Counted from the stretch's first letter, positions 39,201 to 52,963 are shown. The stretch is 64,000 nucleotides of DNA from an uncultured Synergistia bacterium (GCA_964431735.1 CAYSLJ010000014.1:108-64107), one strand, 5' to 3'. Numbers and translations are program-made. Notes: generated by a model from the letters alone, not told the origin.

Positions 39201-39724
39201 ACGACGGCAGAACAGGTGAACCTTTCGATCAGGAAGTCATGGTCGGTCATATATATATGATGAAACTTGCCCATCTGGTAGATGATAAGATACATGCCCG
39301 TTCTACCGGACCTTACTCCCTTGTAACACAGCAGCCTCTCGGAGGTAAAGCACAGTTCGGAGGGCAGAGGTTTGGAGAAATGGAAGTATGGGCTCTTGAA
39401 TCTTATGGTGCTGCCTATACTCTGCAGGAACTTCTTACTGTTAAATCAGATGACGTTGTAGGTAGAGTTAAGACTTATGAAGCCATAGTCAAGGGAGAAA
39501 ATGTCCTTGAACCCGGTGTGCCGGAATCTTTCAAGGTTTTAATAAAAGAACTTCAGAGTCTGGCTTTAGATGTAAAGGTCTATTCAGGTGATGATAAGGA
39601 AATTGACATAAAAGGAATGGATGATGAACTTGATGCTGCTTTTGATGATCTGGGATTGGATCTGTCAAAACCTCAGGAAACAGAAGTTCAGACTGTTCCG
39701 GATGTAATCAGTGAAGAAGAATAA
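36296..39724 (+). CDS. rpoB: RNA polymerase beta subunit
   Basis: [34 protein letters not shown]. Confidence 0.99.
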   Translation: MVITRHGKREKSFSKISEIAELPYLIETQICSYEWFLNEGMRQAFRDLSPITDFTGNIVLEFLEYYLGDCMISIPETAERGLEDVTIKQLQSYTKYSVKQCRERDMTYSIPLKAKVRLIKKDQGEVKEIKEQTIFIGDFPLMTEKGTFVINGAERVIVSQLVRSPGVYFQSTKDKTGKDLFTATVIPDRGAWLELASDIKDIISVRIDRTRKLPATVLLRALGYESNEEIVKLLGESACVEATIAKDSITNQENALVEIYKKLRPGDPPTLESAQNLLNTLFFNPRRYNLGYVGRYKLIKKLSLRETCLECGFENSQGQTECARCEAPLVHNQVLTNRDIVEIISYLVGLIDAKAGYYVDDIDHLGNRRVRAVGELLLNQFHVGLLRLERVVRERMTVQDAETVTPQALINIRPVVAVLKEFFGSSQLSQFMDQTNSLAELTHKRRLSALGPGGLSRERAGFEVRDVHHSHYGRICPIETPEGPNIGLIGSMATYSKVNKYGFIETPYRKVVNGVVTDEVVYMTADEEDKHVIAQANAALDEENRFVQPRIAAREKGEITTKRPDEIHYIDVSPKQIVSVATALIPFLEHDDANRALMGANMQRQGVPLLVKDSPLVGTGIEYRAARDSGCLVVAEQDGIVKKVTANEIVVEDEQRQENKYELLKFIRSNAGTCVKQDPIVHLGEKVHKGEVLADGSSSVDGELALGRNVLVAFMPWEGYNYEDAILVSEEFLIEDLYTSIHIEEYDAEARDTKLGSEEITREIPSVGDDALKNLDERGIIRVGADVRPEDILVGKVTPKGETDLTAEERLLRAIFGEKARDVRDTSLRVPHGEKGKVIDVKVFSREDGDELAPGINKLVRVYVAQKRKILQGDKMAGRHGNKGVVAKILPKEDMPYLPDGTPIQIVLNPLGVPSRMNIGQILETHLGWAVKALGIKIQTPVFDGANEEEIRAMMRMAGLPENGKSILYDGRTGEPFDQEVMVGHIYMMKLAHLVDDKIHARSTGPYSLVTQQPLGGKAQFGGQRFGEMEVWALESYGAAYTLQELLTVKSDDVVGRVKTYEAIVKGENVLEPGVPESFKVLIKELQSLALDVKVYSGDDKEIDIKGMDDELDAAFDDLGLDLSKPQETEVQTVPDVISEEE

Positions 39725-39726
39725 AT

Positions 39727-39760
39727 GATAAAAGATGAAGAGCGATCTTCATCTTTTATC
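39727..39760 (+). other. Perfect 15-bp stem-loop between rpoB and rpoC
   Basis: GATAAAAGATGAAGA-GCGA-TCTTCATCTTTTATC; GNRA loop, no U-tract after the stem. Confidence 0.75.
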
Positions 39761-39789
39761 TGTCACCTATTTAAAGGAGGAGAAAATCT

Positions 39790-42700
39790 TTGTTTGATGT
39801 CAATAATTTTGATGCTTTGCAGATTGGTCTTGCCTCTCCGGATTTAATCAGAGCATGGTCCAGAGGAGAAGTAAAAAAACCGGAAACCATTAATTATCGT
39901 ACATTAAAACCGGAAAGAGATGGTTTATTCTGCGAGAAAATTTTTGGACCTACGAAGGACTGGGAATGCCACTGTGGTAAATATAAGAGAATCAGATTTA
40001 AAGGAATAATCTGCGATAAATGCGGTGTAGAAGTTACACGTTCCAAAGTCAGGCGTGAAAGAATGGGACATATTGAACTGGCCACACCTGTATCTCATAT
40101 ATGGTATTTCAAAGGTGTTCCGAGCAGAATGGGTCTTTTACTCGATATGTCTCCGAGAACACTGGAAAAAATATTATATTTTGCTTTTTATGTAGTTATA
40201 GAACCCGGTGATACACCTCTTAAGAAATGGCAGCTCCTTTCCGAAATGGAATACAGAGAAAGAAAAGAGGAATACGGAAACAGATTCAGAGCAGGTATGG
40301 GAGCGGAAGCAGTAAAGGAACTTCTTAAAAGTCTTGAACTTGTAGAGCTTCGTAAAGACCTCAGAGTTTCTATAAACCGTCTTTTCGGCCAGAAGAAGAA
40401 AAAGGCTATTAAGAGGCTTGGAGTCGTAGAAGCTTTCCTTACATCCGGAAATAAACCGGAATGGATGATACTCGATGTTATACCTGTTATTCCGCCGGAT
40501 CTTCGTCCTATGGTTCAGCTTGACGGAGGAAGGTTTGCTACATCCGATTTAAATGATCTTTACAGGAGAGTAATAAATCGTAATAACAGATTGAAGAGAC
40601 TGCTCGAACTGGGAGCACCTGATATTATTGTAAAAAATGAGAAGAGAATGCTTCAGGAAGCAGTAGATGCACTGATTGATAACGGAAGAAGAGGGAGGCC
40701 TGTAGCTGGGCCCAATAATCGTCCTTTAAAATCCCTCTCTGATATGCTGAAAGGTAAACAGGGCCGTTTCCGTCAGAATCTACTCGGAAAAAGAGTGGAT
40801 TATTCAGGCCGTTCCGTTATTATAGTCGGCCCCCATCTGAAACTGCATCAGTGCGGTCTTCCGAAAGAAATGGCTCTTGAATTATTTAAGCCCTTTGTAA
40901 TGAAAAGACTCGTAGATAAAGGACTTGTTCATAATATAAAAAGTGCCAAACGTATGGTTGAAAGAGTAAGACCCGAAGTATGGGATATTCTGGAAGAGGT
41001 TATAAAAGAACATCCTGTTCTGTTAAACCGTGCTCCTACTCTGCACAGACTCGGTATTCAGGCTTTTGAGCCCATTTTGATAGAAGGAAAAGCCATACAG
41101 ATACATCCTCTGGTATGTACTCCCTATAATGCAGATTTTGACGGTGACCAGATGGCTGTCCATCTTCCCCTGTCCGCAGGAGCACAGGCAGAGGCAAGAT
41201 TATTGATGCTTTCTTCCAATAATATCCTGCTCCCTGCCTATGGAAATCCTGTTCTTACTCCGACGCAGGATATGGTTCTCGGTATTAACTATCTTACTAT
41301 TGATAAAGAAGGGCAAAAAGGAGAAGGTAAGATATTCTCTTCTGCTGAAGAAGTGAGACTTGCCTATACATACGGATATGTCCATCTTCAGGCTATAATA
41401 AAGCTCAAATATAAAGGGGACGTTATAAAAACCACTCCGGGAAGGGTTATATTCAACGAAGTTATTCCCGATGAATTAGATTTCCCGTTTATAAATGAAA
41501 CTATGGATAAAAAGGCTCTGTCAAGATTTGTTGCAAGATGTCATCGGAAACATGGCAATGCAAAAACTGCACAGCTTCTTGATAACATAAAAGATCTTGG
41601 TTTCAAATATGCTACAATATCTGCTACAACCATTGCAGTAGAAGATGTAGTCATACCTCCTGCCAAAAAGGTAATTCTGGCAAAAGCAGAAGAAGCAGTA
41701 GGAGAAATTGACAGTTTCTATAACCGTGGTCTTATGACAGATGAGGAGAAATATAAGAAGGTAATAGAGATATGGAGTGACACTACGGAAAAAGTTAAGA
41801 ATGCCATGATGGATTGTCTGTCAAAACATAATCCTATATATATGATGGTAAGATCAGGAGCAAGAGGTAATATTGACCAGATGAGACAGATTGGCGGAAT
41901 GAGAGGCCTTATGGCAGATCCATCAGGAAGAATTTTACCTCTCCCCATAAAGGCAAATCTCCGTGAAGGTCTTACAGTGCTGGAATTCTTTATATCTACT
42001 CATGGTGCAAGAAAAGGTCTTGCCGATACGGCTCTCAGAACGGCAGATTCAGGATATCTCACAAGAAGACTTGTAGATGTGGCCCAGGATGTGATTATTC
42101 GTGAGTATGACTGCGGAACTAACAATTATATATTGACCTCTGCCGTACAGGAAGAACAGATGGGAGAGTTTGAAGGTAATGTTATTGTTCCCCTCTTTGA
42201 CAGAGTTGTCGGCAGAATTGCCGCTCTTGATATAGTTCACCCTGAAACAGGAGAAGTTCTTATTACAAAGGGAACCTTTATAGATGAAGATAAATTTGAA
42301 CTTATTACTGCTGCTAAAATAACCCAGGTTCCTATAAGGTCAATTCTGTCATGCCGTTGTAAACATGGTATATGTCAGGTATGTTATGGTCGTAATCTTG
42401 CTACAGGAAGGCTTGTTGAGATCGGTGAGACTGTCGGTATTATTGCAGCTCAGTCTATAGGTGAACCTGGCACACAGCTTACACTGAGAACATTCCATCT
42501 CGGAGGAACTGCTGTGGCTGATATTATTCAGGGTTTACCCAGGGTTGAAGAGCTTTTTGAAGCAAGGAAACCGAGAGTTCATGCCATTATATCTGAAATA
42601 GACGGCGTGGTCAGACTGAGTGATGAAAAAGGTATGAAGAGGATTGAAGTTCAGTCTGCTTCAGGTGATGCCAAAACCTATTATGCTCCTTTCAATGCCC

Positions 42701-43386
42701 GTCTCAAGGTTAAGAACGGAGAATTTATACAGGCAGGTGCACTCCTCACGGAAGGTCCTACAAATCCTCATGATATACTCAGAATTAAAGGTGTCGATGA
42801 TGTTCAGAATTATCTTGTTGAAGAAGTACAGTTTGTATATCGTCAGCAGGGTGTTGATATAAATGATAAACATATAGAAGTCATTGTAAGGCAGATGTTA
42901 AGGAAGGTAAAGGTTGAAGAAGCAGGTGATACGGATCTGCTTCCAGGAGAACTTGTAGATGCTTCTCTCTTTGTAGAAGAAAATATGAGAGTAACATCAC
43001 AGAGAAAACAGCCTGCTGTGGCGAGGCCGGTATTACTCGGTATAACCAAAGCTTCCCTTGCTACAGACAGTTTCCTTTCTGCCGCGTCTTTCCAGGAAAC
43101 TACAAGGGTTCTCACAGATGCAGCCATAAGGGGTAAGGTAGATCCCCTTATAGGACTCAAGGAAAATGTTATTATAGGCAAACTTATACCGGCAGGAACA
43201 GGTATGCCTAAATACAGAAATATTAAAATACACATAGCAGAACCTGATGAAGAACTGGATGATGATGAAGATTTTGTAGAAGAAGAACCTCTTCGTAAAG
43301 AACAGATAATAGAAAACGATGACGATATGTCAGATGATATAGAAGATGAGGGAAATATTGAAGTAGAAGAAGTGACTCAAGAATAG
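39790..43386 (+). CDS. rpoC: RNA polymerase beta' subunit
   Basis: NADFDGD, N-terminal zinc finger, acidic tail. Confidence 0.99.
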   Translation: MFDVNNFDALQIGLASPDLIRAWSRGEVKKPETINYRTLKPERDGLFCEKIFGPTKDWECHCGKYKRIRFKGIICDKCGVEVTRSKVRRERMGHIELATPVSHIWYFKGVPSRMGLLLDMSPRTLEKILYFAFYVVIEPGDTPLKKWQLLSEMEYRERKEEYGNRFRAGMGAEAVKELLKSLELVELRKDLRVSINRLFGQKKKKAIKRLGVVEAFLTSGNKPEWMILDVIPVIPPDLRPMVQLDGGRFATSDLNDLYRRVINRNNRLKRLLELGAPDIIVKNEKRMLQEAVDALIDNGRRGRPVAGPNNRPLKSLSDMLKGKQGRFRQNLLGKRVDYSGRSVIIVGPHLKLHQCGLPKEMALELFKPFVMKRLVDKGLVHNIKSAKRMVERVRPEVWDILEEVIKEHPVLLNRAPTLHRLGIQAFEPILIEGKAIQIHPLVCTPYNADFDGDQMAVHLPLSAGAQAEARLLMLSSNNILLPAYGNPVLTPTQDMVLGINYLTIDKEGQKGEGKIFSSAEEVRLAYTYGYVHLQAIIKLKYKGDVIKTTPGRVIFNEVIPDELDFPFINETMDKKALSRFVARCHRKHGNAKTAQLLDNIKDLGFKYATISATTIAVEDVVIPPAKKVILAKAEEAVGEIDSFYNRGLMTDEEKYKKVIEIWSDTTEKVKNAMMDCLSKHNPIYMMVRSGARGNIDQMRQIGGMRGLMADPSGRILPLPIKANLREGLTVLEFFISTHGARKGLADTALRTADSGYLTRRLVDVAQDVIIREYDCGTNNYILTSAVQEEQMGEFEGNVIVPLFDRVVGRIAALDIVHPETGEVLITKGTFIDEDKFELITAAKITQVPIRSILSCRCKHGICQVCYGRNLATGRLVEIGETVGIIAAQSIGEPGTQLTLRTFHLGGTAVADIIQGLPRVEELFEARKPRVHAIISEIDGVVRLSDEKGMKRIEVQSASGDAKTYYAPFNARLKVKNGEFIQAGALLTEGPTNPHDILRIKGVDDVQNYLVEEVQFVYRQQGVDINDKHIEVIVRQMLRKVKVEEAGDTDLLPGELVDASLFVEENMRVTSQRKQPAVARPVLLGITKASLATDSFLSAASFQETTRVLTDAAIRGKVDPLIGLKENVIIGKLIPAGTGMPKYRNIKIHIAEPDEELDDDEDFVEEEPLRKEQIIENDDDMSDDIEDEGNIEVEEVTQE

Positions 43387-43387
43387 A

Positions 43388-43553
43388 AATTCAGCATGTC
43401 AGCTGACATGCTGAATTGCTGACATGCTGAAATGCAAAGCTCGAGTTTTGCAATATCCTTAAACAGAGGTAAGCCGGTAAGCCATTTATGGTTTTGCCTC
43501 TGCTAAAACCTGGATTACCGGCTGATTGCAAAAGTCGAGTTTATTTTTTTTTA
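43388..43553. repeat. 30-bp perfect palindrome plus about 105-bp IR-bounded element and T-tract (probable rpoC terminator region)
   Basis: AATTCAGCATGTCAG|CTGACATGCTGAATT; CTCGAGTTTTGCAAT...ATTGCAAAAGTCGAG followed by TTTATTTTTTTTT. Confidence 0.7.
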
Positions 43554-43568
43554 AGAAGTACTAAATGC

Positions 43569-43597
43569 TTGACAGGTTCAATTAGTAATGATAGAAT
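43569..43597 (+). promoter_or_regulatory. Sigma70 promoter for the str operon
   Basis: TTGACA-17 nt-TAGAAT with an extended -10 TG. Confidence 0.8.
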
Positions 43598-43697
43598 ATA
43601 TGCCTATGTGTAAAAAAATAGTACTTTTGATACACAGAAAATAAATTTTGAGGAGGTGAAAAAAACTGGTTTGAGATGGTTCGGCCAGTAGATATTA

Positions 43698-44117
43698 GTG
43701 TCAACTATTAATCAGTTAGTTCGTAAGGGAAGAAAATCTGTCAATAAAAAAGTTAAAGCTCCCGCATTGCGTTATTCTTATAACACACTTAAATTTAAAA
43801 TGCTTCAGGCAGATAAAGGTAATCCTCAAAAAAGAGGAGTTTGTACACAGGTAAAGACAGTAACACCCAAGAAACCTAACTCTGCATTGAGAAAAGTTGC
43901 AAGGGTCCGTCTTACAAATACCATAGAAGTTACCACTTATATACCCGGCATTGGACACAACCTTCAGGAACACTCTGTTATCTTGATGAGAGGCGGAAGA
44001 GTAAAAGATCTTCCCGGTATTCGTTATCATATTATCAGAGGCACCCTTGATACGGCAGGTGTTGATAGCAGGAGACAGGGACGTTCCAAATACGGAACAA
44101 AGAGACCCAAAAAGTAA
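43698..44117 (+). CDS. rpsL: 30S ribosomal protein S12
   Basis: [20 protein letters not shown]. Confidence 0.99.
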   Translation: MSTINQLVRKGRKSVNKKVKAPALRYSYNTLKFKMLQADKGNPQKRGVCTQVKTVTPKKPNSALRKVARVRLTNTIEVTTYIPGIGHNLQEHSVILMRGGRVKDLPGIRYHIIRGTLDTAGVDSRRQGRSKYGTKRPKK

Positions 44118-44135
44118 TTTTGGAATTTAGCTTAA

Positions 44136-44624
<489 letters not shown>

Positions 44625-44638
44625 AGGACTGAACGGAT

Positions 44639-46726
44639 TTGTCTAAAAAAGGGACCAGGCCGGAAATGGCACTTGAAAAAATAAGGAATATAGGTTTTGC
44701 TGCTCATATTGATGCAGGTAAAACTACCACTACAGAGAGAGTACTTTTTTATACAGGGAAAGTTCATCGTATCGGTGAAGTAGATGACGGTACTACTACT
44801 ACGGATTTTTTGCCTCAGGAAAGAGAAAGAGGTATAACTATCGCTTCTGCAGTAGTATCCTGTGAATGGAAAGACTTTTTGATTAATATAATTGATACTC
44901 CGGGCCATGTTGATTTTACCGTAGAGGTAGAAAGAAGCCTTCGCGTTCTGGACGGATTGATTGTAATATTCTGTGCTGTCGGTGGTGTGCAGCCTCAGTC
45001 TGAAACCGTATGGCGTCAGGCTGACAGATATAATATCCCCCGTATAGCTTATATTAACAAAATGGATCGTACAGGAGCAGATTTTTATGCTGTACTGGAA
45101 AAGATGAAAAACCGTTTTGGAGATAAAGTTGTTCCATTACAACTGCCAATAGGATTTGAACAGAGTTTCAATGGGATAGTAGATCTTATCAATCTCAGGG
45201 CTTATACCTATATAGATGAACTGGGAGCAGAATTTACTGAAATTCCGGTTCCTGAAGATATGCAGCAAAAAGCAAATACTATGAGAGAAAAATTAATAGA
45301 AGCTGCTGCTGAAGGCAATGATGAACTCCTGACGAAATACATCAATGAAGAGGAAATCTCTTCAGAAGAACTTGCAGGAGCCATAAGGAAAGGAACTATT
45401 AAAAATAATCTGATTCCTGTTTTTTGCGGTACTTCTTTAAAAAATAAAGGTGTCCAGTTCTTATTAAATGCAATTGCAGATTATCTTCCATCTCCTCTTG
45501 AGGTGCCTGATGTTTCAGGAGTCAATCCGAAAAATAATCAGGTTGTCAGTCGAAAACCAGTTGCAACAGAACCTTTAGTGGCTCTGGCATACAAAATTGT
45601 ATCAGACCCCTTTGTAGACAGGTTGACCTTTATCAGGGTTTATTCCGGTATTTTAGAAACAGGAAAATATGTCTATAATATGAACAGGGATTGTAAGGAG
45701 AGAGTTAACAGACTGCTGAGATTGCAGGCAGACAGCCGTGAAGAAATTCAATCTGTCGGCCCCGGTGACCTGGCTGCAGTTGTTGGTTTCAGAAAGACCT
45801 CTACAGGGGATACACTCTGTGATATGAACAACAGAATTATCCTTGATTCTATACAATTCCCCGAACCGGTTATATATGTGGCTATAGAACCGAAAACCAC
45901 TCAGGACGAGGAAAAACTCGCCCAGACCCTTAGAAAAATCTCCGAAGAGGATCCATCTTTTAAGATTAAAACTGATGACGAAACAGGTCAGACAATTATA
46001 TCAGGTATGGGTGAACTTCATCTTGAGATTATTGTAGACAGGCTTTTAAGGGAATTTAAAGTAGAAGCCAATGTAGGTAAACCTCAGGTCTCCTATAAAG
46101 TTGCCATTACTACTGAATTTGAGGCTGAAGGTGTATACAGCCAGCAAACTGGCGGCAAAAGTCAGTATGGCCGTGTGGTAATTAAATTCTCACCTCTTAA
46201 GAGAGGCGAAGGTTTTAAGTTTGAAAATTTTGTTTCCCCTGAAATAATTCCGAAGGAATATATTCCTTATATAGAAAAGGGTTTGAAACTTTCTATGGAT
46301 GCAGGTATATGGGGATTTCCTGTTATAGACATAAAATGTTCTCTCGTAGATGGTACATATCGCACAGGAGAGTCAACAGAGATTGCCTATCAGGCAGCGG
46401 CTTCTATAGCCATGCAGGATGGCCTTCTTAAAGCAAATCCTGTTCTTATGGAACCTGCCATGAGGGTTGAGATTGTAGCAGGAGAAGAACATATTGGTGA
46501 TATTATCGGTGATCTGGGGAGCAGAAGAGGCAAGGTTGAAAAAATAGAACAGCTTTCAGGAGATGCTAAAGCGGTAGAGGCAATGGTTCCTCTTTCTGAA
46601 ATGTTTGGATATGCAACAGCACTTCGTTCCAAAACTCAGGGTAGAGGAACATATACAATGGAATTTCATCATTATGATGAAGTGCCATATGAAATTTCCA
46701 GTAAGATTATATCAATAGGTTATTAA
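44639..46726 (+). CDS. fusA: Elongation factor G (divergent)
   Basis: [27 protein letters not shown]; str operon position. Confidence 0.95.
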   Translation: MSKKGTRPEMALEKIRNIGFAAHIDAGKTTTTERVLFYTGKVHRIGEVDDGTTTTDFLPQERERGITIASAVVSCEWKDFLINIIDTPGHVDFTVEVERSLRVLDGLIVIFCAVGGVQPQSETVWRQADRYNIPRIAYINKMDRTGADFYAVLEKMKNRFGDKVVPLQLPIGFEQSFNGIVDLINLRAYTYIDELGAEFTEIPVPEDMQQKANTMREKLIEAAAEGNDELLTKYINEEEISSEELAGAIRKGTIKNNLIPVFCGTSLKNKGVQFLLNAIADYLPSPLEVPDVSGVNPKNNQVVSRKPVATEPLVALAYKIVSDPFVDRLTFIRVYSGILETGKYVYNMNRDCKERVNRLLRLQADSREEIQSVGPGDLAAVVGFRKTSTGDTLCDMNNRIILDSIQFPEPVIYVAIEPKTTQDEEKLAQTLRKISEEDPSFKIKTDDETGQTIISGMGELHLEIIVDRLLREFKVEANVGKPQVSYKVAITTEFEAEGVYSQQTGGKSQYGRVVIKFSPLKRGEGFKFENFVSPEIIPKEYIPYIEKGLKLSMDAGIWGFPVIDIKCSLVDGTYRTGESTEIAYQAAASIAMQDGLLKANPVLMEPAMRVEIVAGEEHIGDIIGDLGSRRGKVEKIEQLSGDAKAVEAMVPLSEMFGYATALRSKTQGRGTYTMEFHHYDEVPYEISSKIISIGY

Positions 46727-46746
46727 CGAGAGGAGAGGAAAAATAG

Positions 46747-47952
46747 ATGGCAAAGGAAAAATTTGAGAGGACGAAACCTCATGTAAATGTAGGAACAATA
46801 GGACATGTAGATCACGGCAAAACCACTCTTACAGCAGCAATATCAAAGGTATTATCTACAGAAGGGAAAGCAAAATCTCTGAATGTAGATGAAATCGATA
46901 TGGCTCCCGAAGAAAAAGAAAGAGGCATAACGATAGCCATATTCCATGCAGAATATGAGAGTGACAAACGCCATTACGCCCATGTAGACTGTCCCGGTCA
47001 TGCAGATTATATTAAAAACATGATAACAGGAGCAGCACAGATGGACGGAGCAGTCCTTGTAGTAAGCGCAGCAGACGGCCCTATGCCTCAGACAAGAGAG
47101 CATATATTGCTTGCCCGTCAGGTAGAAGTGCCTTATATAGTGGTATATTTAAACAAAGTAGATATGGTAGACGATCCTGAAATCATAGAACTAGTGGAAC
47201 TTGAAGTAAGAGATTTACTTTCATCGTATCAATTCCCCGGAGACGATATACCTGTAATAAAAGGTTCTGCTCTGAAGGTTATGGAAAGCGGACAGGTAGG
47301 CCGTGATGAAGAATGGTCAAAATCCATATGGGAATTAATCGAGGCTCTTGACAGTTATATACCGGATCCAAAACGTGATGTAGACAAACCGTTCCTGATG
47401 CCTGTAGAAGATGTATTTACCATAACAGGTAGAGGCACTGTGGCTACAGGTCGTGTGGAACGCGGAAAAGTGAAAGTCGGAGAAGAAATAGCCATAGTAG
47501 GATTTTCCGATGAAGTAAGAAAAACTGTAGTAACAGGCGTAGAAATGTTCCGTAAAACCCTTGATGAAGGAATAGCGGGAGACAATGTAGGAATTCTGTT
47601 ACGCGGTGTAGGAAGAGAAGATATAGAAAGAGGCCAGGTGCTGGCAAAATTAAATTCCATAAAACCTCACAGAAAATTCGAGGCAGAGGTTTATATATTA
47701 TCAAAAGAAGAAGGTGGACGTCACACACCGTTCTTCAAGGGATATCGTCCACAGTTCTATCTGAGAACAACTGATGTTACAGGTTCTGTAACATTACCGG
47801 AGAATGTGGAAATGGTAATGCCAGGTGACAATATAAGAATGGCAGTAGAGTTAATAACTCCTGTTGCAATCGAGCAGGGTTCAAGATTTGCCATAAGAGA
47901 AGGCGGTCGAACCGTAGGAGCCGGAGTTGTTACAAAGGTACTGGAAGGTTAG
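46747..47952 (+). CDS. tuf: Elongation factor Tu
   Basis: [28 protein letters not shown]. Confidence 0.99.
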   Translation: MAKEKFERTKPHVNVGTIGHVDHGKTTLTAAISKVLSTEGKAKSLNVDEIDMAPEEKERGITIAIFHAEYESDKRHYAHVDCPGHADYIKNMITGAAQMDGAVLVVSAADGPMPQTREHILLARQVEVPYIVVYLNKVDMVDDPEIIELVELEVRDLLSSYQFPGDDIPVIKGSALKVMESGQVGRDEEWSKSIWELIEALDSYIPDPKRDVDKPFLMPVEDVFTITGRGTVATGRVERGKVKVGEEIAIVGFSDEVRKTVVTGVEMFRKTLDEGIAGDNVGILLRGVGREDIERGQVLAKLNSIKPHRKFEAEVYILSKEEGGRHTPFFKGYRPQFYLRTTDVTGSVTLPENVEMVMPGDNIRMAVELITPVAIEQGSRFAIREGGRTVGAGVVTKVLEG

Positions 47953-47962
47953 GGGTGAAATA

Positions 47963-48271
47963 ATGGCTACTCAGAAAATAAGAATCAGACTTAAGGCTTA
48001 TGATCACAAGATACTGGATCAGTTCGCAAGTCGTATAGTTCGCACGGCAAAGACAACAGGTGCTGACGTATCAGGACCGATACCTTTGCCTACCAACAAG
48101 GAAATATACTGTGTATTACGTTCTCCCCATGTTGATAAAAAATCTCGAGAACATTTCGAAATGAGAACTCATAAGAGGGTTGTTGATATATTGAAGCCCA
48201 CTTCAAAAACAGTGGATGCCTTTATGAGATTGGAAATCCCTGCTGGCGTTTACATTGAGATGAAATTATAA
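47963..48271 (+). CDS. rpsJ: 30S ribosomal protein S10
   Basis: [23 protein letters not shown]; start corrected to ATG 47963. Confidence 0.98.
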   Translation: MATQKIRIRLKAYDHKILDQFASRIVRTAKTTGADVSGPIPLPTNKEIYCVLRSPHVDKKSREHFEMRTHKRVVDILKPTSKTVDAFMRLEIPAGVYIEMKL

Positions 48272-48283
48272 GGGGTGTTTATA

Positions 48284-48907
48284 ATGAAAGGTCTTATAGG
48301 GAAGAAAATTGGGATGAGCCAGATATTTGACGAAAAAGGCAGAGCCATCCCTGTTACGGTGATAGAAGCAGGTCCCTGCACTGTTACACAGTTAAAGACA
48401 ATGAAAAAAGACGGATACAATGCTTTACAGTTAGGTATGATAGAGGTTGATGAAAAGAAACTTAACAGACCTATGAAAGGGCATTTCAAGAAAAAAGAAG
48501 TTGCTCCGAAAAAAATACTTAGAGAACTTCATTTTGACAATATGGATGAATATAAGTTAGGACAGGCTCTTACAGTTGAACTATTTGAGCCGGGCGAGAA
48601 GGTTGATATTGTAGGAACGTCCAAAGGTAAGGGTTTTGCCGGTGCCATGAAAAGATGGAATTTTAACGGCGGCCCTGTAAGCCATGGTTCAATGTTCAAG
48701 AGAAAACCGGCATCAGGCGGTTGTACTGATTTTGCAAGAACTATGATTGGTAAAAGAGGTCCGGGAAGAATGGGTGGAGATAGAGTTACTGTTCAGGGTT
48801 TGAAGGTTCTTAAAATATATCCTGACAGACATTTACTCCTTGTAAAAGGTGCTGTCCCCGGGGCAGATAATGGTTATTTATTGATTAAAAATAGTGTTAA
48901 GAAATAG
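48284..48907 (+). CDS. rplC: 50S ribosomal protein L3
   Basis: MKGLIGKKIGMSQ, GTSKGKGF. Confidence 0.98.
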   Translation: MKGLIGKKIGMSQIFDEKGRAIPVTVIEAGPCTVTQLKTMKKDGYNALQLGMIEVDEKKLNRPMKGHFKKKEVAPKKILRELHFDNMDEYKLGQALTVELFEPGEKVDIVGTSKGKGFAGAMKRWNFNGGPVSHGSMFKRKPASGGCTDFARTMIGKRGPGRMGGDRVTVQGLKVLKIYPDRHLLLVKGAVPGADNGYLLIKNSVKK

Positions 48908-48930
48908 GTATTGAGAGGAGGCAAATAGGT

Positions 48931-49554
48931 ATGCCTAATGTTTCAGTCTTCAGTAAAGAAGGACAGGAAATTGAAAAAATAGATCTATCTGACGGTATAT
49001 TCGGAGTAGAGGTAAACACTCATGTGATGCATATGTCACTGAAAAGACAGATGGCAAATGCCCGCAGGGGATGTGCATCTACCAAGACCAGAGGAGAGGT
49101 CAGGGGTGGAGGTAAAAAACCCTGGAGGCAGAAAGGTACCGGTCGGGCCCGTCACGGCAGCAGACGTTCTCCCGTATGGAAAGGCGGAGGAATCACATTT
49201 GGTCCAAAACCAAGAGATTATTCTTTTTCTCTGCCGAAAAAAGTAAGACGTCTTGCGCTGAAATCAGCTCTTACGATTAAATTTAATGAAGGTAAATGTA
49301 AAATAGTAGATTCCATTTCTATGGATGTTCCTAAAACAAAACATATGGTTGAGTTTCTGGATAAACTTGAACTGGAAAATACTACTCTCATAGTTATTGC
49401 CGAAAGAGATGAAAATGTTGAGAAATCAGCAAGAAATTTACCTTATGCCAAAGTTATACTGGCATCAAATTTGAATCTTCATGATATATTCAAATATGAT
49501 AGCCTGCTTTTAACCAGAGGAGCTGTTAAAGCTATTGAGGAGGTCCTTTTATGA
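48931..49554 (+). CDS. rplD: 50S ribosomal protein L4
   Basis: [14 protein letters not shown]. Confidence 0.98.
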   Translation: MPNVSVFSKEGQEIEKIDLSDGIFGVEVNTHVMHMSLKRQMANARRGCASTKTRGEVRGGGKKPWRQKGTGRARHGSRRSPVWKGGGITFGPKPRDYSFSLPKKVRRLALKSALTIKFNEGKCKIVDSISMDVPKTKHMVEFLDKLELENTTLIVIAERDENVEKSARNLPYAKVILASNLNLHDIFKYDSLLLTRGAVKAIEEVLL

Positions 49555-49853
49555 TACTTGAAGCCAGAGATATAATTAAGAGACCACTGGTAACTGAAAA
49601 GAGTGTAGATGGTGCTTCCATGCACAAATATACCTTTGAGGTTGACCCAAGGGTTAATAAAATACAGATAAGAAAAGCTATAGAAGAAATTTTCAACGTT
49701 AAAGTTGTAAAGGTCAATACTGTAAATGTTAAAGGTAAAAAAAGAGGCTTTGGTAAAGTTCAGGGAAAAATGTCTGACTGGAAAAAAGCTATTGTTACTT
49801 TACGGGATACTGATAAGATAGAACTTGATGGTATTGACTATTTTGAGATGTAA
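49551..49853 (+). CDS. rplW: 50S ribosomal protein L23
   Basis: [15 protein letters not shown]. Confidence 0.97.
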   Translation: MILEARDIIKRPLVTEKSVDGASMHKYTFEVDPRVNKIQIRKAIEEIFNVKVVKVNTVNVKGKKRGFGKVQGKMSDWKKAIVTLRDTDKIELDGIDYFEM

Positions 49854-49881
49854 TGTCTCATGACCTAAGGAGGAGATAAAA

Positions 49882-50709
49882 GTGAGTATAAAGACATTTA
49901 ACCCTACCTCACCTGGACGGCGTTTCATGACTGTTTCTGGCTTTGATGATATAACCAGAAAGAAATCGGAAAAACGTCTTACAACAGTAAAACACAGTAA
50001 AGCAGGACGTAACTCTGCCGGTAGAGTCACTGTAAGGCACAGGGGCGGAGGACATAAAATTAAATATCGTATTATAGACTGGAAAAGGGATAAAGATGGA
50101 ATACCGGGAAAAGTAAAATCCATTGAATATGATCCCAACAGGACTGCAAGAATTGCGCTTATTGCCTATGCAGACGGAGAAAAGAGATATATTATCTGTC
50201 CCGTAGGTTTACAGGTCGGAGATACTGTTATGTCCGGTCCCAAAAGTGAGATTAAACCCGGTAACTGTCTTGCTCTTAAGGATATACCCGTAGGTAGTAT
50301 GATTTACAGTGTTGAATTAAAAGCAGGCAAAGGTGCACAGCTTGTCAGAAGTGCCGGTGCAAGCGCACAGGTAATGGCAAAAGATGACAGATATGCCCAT
50401 GTGAGATTACCTTCAGGCGAAGTTCGTCTTGTAGAGGTAGTATGCAAAGCAACTATAGGTCAGGTAGGCAATATTGAACATGAAACCATATCTATAGGTA
50501 AAGCCGGCAGAAACAGATGGAAACGTAAGAGACCTACTGTAAGAGGTGTTGTTATGAATCCAGTCGATCATCCACATGGCGGAGGAGAAGCAAGATCTAC
50601 CCCCGGAAGACCTGTATCTACACCATGGGGTAAACCTGCTCTCGGATATAAAACAAGGAAGAAGAGAAAAGATAACAGTAAGATTGTTACAAGAAGAAGA
50701 AGAAAGTAA
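49882..50709 (+). CDS. rplB: 50S ribosomal protein L2
   Basis: [17 protein letters not shown]. Confidence 0.99.
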   Translation: MSIKTFNPTSPGRRFMTVSGFDDITRKKSEKRLTTVKHSKAGRNSAGRVTVRHRGGGHKIKYRIIDWKRDKDGIPGKVKSIEYDPNRTARIALIAYADGEKRYIICPVGLQVGDTVMSGPKSEIKPGNCLALKDIPVGSMIYSVELKAGKGAQLVRSAGASAQVMAKDDRYAHVRLPSGEVRLVEVVCKATIGQVGNIEHETISIGKAGRNRWKRKRPTVRGVVMNPVDHPHGGGEARSTPGRPVSTPWGKPALGYKTRKKRKDNSKIVTRRRRK

Positions 50710-50710
50710 A

Positions 50711-50824
50711 TCAGTGAAAAGTTAAAAGTGAGTGGTGAAACAGTTAACAGTAATAATTAGTAATTAATAGTATTATATCTGATAACTGATAGCTGATAGC
50801 TGATAGCTGATAGCTGAACTGATA
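50711..50824. repeat. Heptamer arrays in the rplB-rpsS spacer
   Basis: AGTGAAA AGTTAAA AGTGAGT... then CTGATAA followed by CTGATAG x4. Confidence 0.8.
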
Positions 50825-50864
50825 AAGGAGGTGAAAACCCTGCTTCTTAAAGGCAGGTAATCAC

Positions 50865-51149
50865 GTGTCACGATCTACAAAAAAAGGACCTTATGTTCAT
50901 CCTAAATTGATGAAAAAAATTGAAGAGATGAATGCAAAGGGAGTAAAAAAAGTTGTTAAAGTATGGTCACGATCATCTACAATAATTCCAAAGATGCTCG
51001 GTCATACGATAGCAGTTCACAATGGAAAAAAGCATATTCCAATATATATAACTGAAAATATGGTGGGACACAAGCTGGGAGAATTTGCTTATACAAGATA
51101 TTTCAGGGGCCATGGTCATCATACTGAACGATCAACATCTCTTAAATAA
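50865..51149 (+). CDS. rpsS: 30S ribosomal protein S19
   Basis: MVGHKLGEF. Confidence 0.98.
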   Translation: MSRSTKKGPYVHPKLMKKIEEMNAKGVKKVVKVWSRSSTIIPKMLGHTIAVHNGKKHIPIYITENMVGHKLGEFAYTRYFRGHGHHTERSTSLK

Positions 51150-51178
51150 ACTTATTCTCCAGGACTAAGGAGGAAATT

Positions 51179-51517
51179 ATGGAAGCTAGAACTAGAGCAA
51201 AATATGTGAGGACAGCACCTCGTAAAATGAGACTTATAGGTGATATGATAAGAGGAAAAAAGGTAGAAGATGCTACAAATCTTCTCCGTTTTACTCCTAA
51301 AAGAGCTGCCAGGCTGGTAGAAAAAGTCCTTAAAACTGCTGTAGCAAATGCAGAAAACAGCGATATGGATACAGAGAATCTCTTTGTATCTACAGTCTAT
51401 GTTGATCAGGGACCTACGTTGAAAAGATGGCGTGCAAGAGCAATGGGAAGAGCAGTCATGATAAGAAGAAAAACCAGCCATATAACTATCGTACTCAAGG
51501 AAAGAGAGGAGGAATAA
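51179..51517 (+). CDS. rplV: 50S ribosomal protein L22
   Basis: RARAMGRA, TSHITIV. Confidence 0.98.
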   Translation: MEARTRAKYVRTAPRKMRLIGDMIRGKKVEDATNLLRFTPKRAARLVEKVLKTAVANAENSDMDTENLFVSTVYVDQGPTLKRWRARAMGRAVMIRRKTSHITIVLKEREEE

Positions 51518-51520
51518 ATA

Positions 51521-52261
51521 ATGGGGCAGAAAGTCAGTCCTATTGGTTTACGTCTTGGTATAATTAGAGATTGGGACAGCAGGTGGTTTGCAGAAAAAGA
51601 TTATGCAGAACTGCTCCATGAAGATATTAAGATAAGAAAATTTATCTACAAGTCCATGGGAAACGCCGCTATTGCTAAAGTAGAAATTGAAAGACGGGCA
51701 CAGAATGCAAAAGTGATCATACATACTGCAAAACCCGGTATAGTAATAGGCCGTCGTGGCGCAGGCGTGGAAAGTCTCAGAAAAAATCTGGAAAAACTCG
51801 TAAACAGACCTGTTCAGATAAATGTACAGGAAATAAAAACACCTGATCTGGAAGCCAAGCTGGTCGGAGAAAGTATTGTCGAACAGATTGAAAAAAGAAT
51901 TTCCTTTAGAAGAGCTATGAAACAGGCAGTATACAGATGTATGAAAGCCGGAGCAAAAGGAATAAAGGTGGAATGCAGCGGACGTCTGGCAGGAGCCGAA
52001 ATTGCCCGCAGTGAAAGATTATTTGAAGGAAGAGTACCTCTTCATACATTAAGGGCAGATATAGATTATGCTATTGTTGAAGCTTATACTACCTATGGTA
52101 GAATAGGTGTTAAAGTATGGATTAACAGAGGGGAAATACTCGGTCATAATGAGGTAAGAAAAGAGATAGCAGAAAAGAAACAGGCTGTGGCAGAGCAACA
52201 TGCTGTAAAGCCGGTTGAAGAACCGTCTCGTGTGGCAGTAGCAGAAGGAGGTGAAGCCTGA
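51521..52261 (+). CDS. rpsC: 30S ribosomal protein S3
   Basis: [24 protein letters not shown]. Confidence 0.98.
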   Translation: MGQKVSPIGLRLGIIRDWDSRWFAEKDYAELLHEDIKIRKFIYKSMGNAAIAKVEIERRAQNAKVIIHTAKPGIVIGRRGAGVESLRKNLEKLVNRPVQINVQEIKTPDLEAKLVGESIVEQIEKRISFRRAMKQAVYRCMKAGAKGIKVECSGRLAGAEIARSERLFEGRVPLHTLRADIDYAIVEAYTTYGRIGVKVWINRGEILGHNEVRKEIAEKKQAVAEQHAVKPVEEPSRVAVAEGGEA

Positions 52262-52293
52262 GTCTCTGAAAGGAGAATCAGGTAGCAGTAATT

Positions 52294-52704
52294 ATGTTAA
52301 TGCCTAAAAGAGTAAAATACAGAAAAGTTCAGAGAGGCAGAATGAAAGGCAAAGCCTACAGAGGCAGTGACATACAATTCGGGGATTACGGATTGCAGGC
52401 TATGGAACCGTGCTGGGTAACAGACCGTCAGATAGAAGCAGCCCGTATTGCTATGACAAGACACATAAAAAGAGGCGGTAAAGTCTGGATAAGAATTTTC
52501 CCTGATAAGTCTGTTACGAAGAAACCTGCAGAAACTCGTATGGGAAGTGGTAAAGGCTCCCCGGAATACTGGGTATCTGTAGTAAAACCGGGAAGGATAC
52601 TCTTTGAACTGGCAGGAGTCAATGAAGAACTTGCCAGAGAGGCTATGAGACTGGCTGCATTCAAGTTGCCGCTCAAAACCAGATTTTTAGCAAGAGAACA
52701 ATAG
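52294..52704 (+). CDS. rplP: 50S ribosomal protein L16
   Basis: ETRMGSGKG. Confidence 0.98.
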   Translation: MLMPKRVKYRKVQRGRMKGKAYRGSDIQFGDYGLQAMEPCWVTDRQIEAARIAMTRHIKRGGKVWIRIFPDKSVTKKPAETRMGSGKGSPEYWVSVVKPGRILFELAGVNEELAREAMRLAAFKLPLKTRFLAREQ

Positions 52705-52717
52705 GGTGGTGTATGTT

Positions 52718-52948
52718 ATGAAAAGAAAACAGTTAATTGAAAAATTAAGAGAATCTCATAACCTGGAACTTGAACAGAAACTAAAAGAACACAAGGAAGA
52801 ATTATTCAGTTTGAAATTTCAAGTTGCTACAGGACATTTAGAAGATACAAGCAGAATCAAGGCAATCAAAAGGAATATAGCAAGAATTAAAACAATTCTT
52901 CATTCCAGAGATATGCATCTTGAAGAGGTTCCTGCAAGTGCAAGTTAG
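52718..52948 (+). CDS. rpmC: 50S ribosomal protein L29
   Basis: [14 protein letters not shown]; operon position. Confidence 0.95.
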   Translation: MKRKQLIEKLRESHNLELEQKLKEHKEELFSLKFQVATGHLEDTSRIKAIKRNIARIKTILHSRDMHLEEVPASAS

Positions 52949-52963
52949 TAGAGGAGGTTTGGT

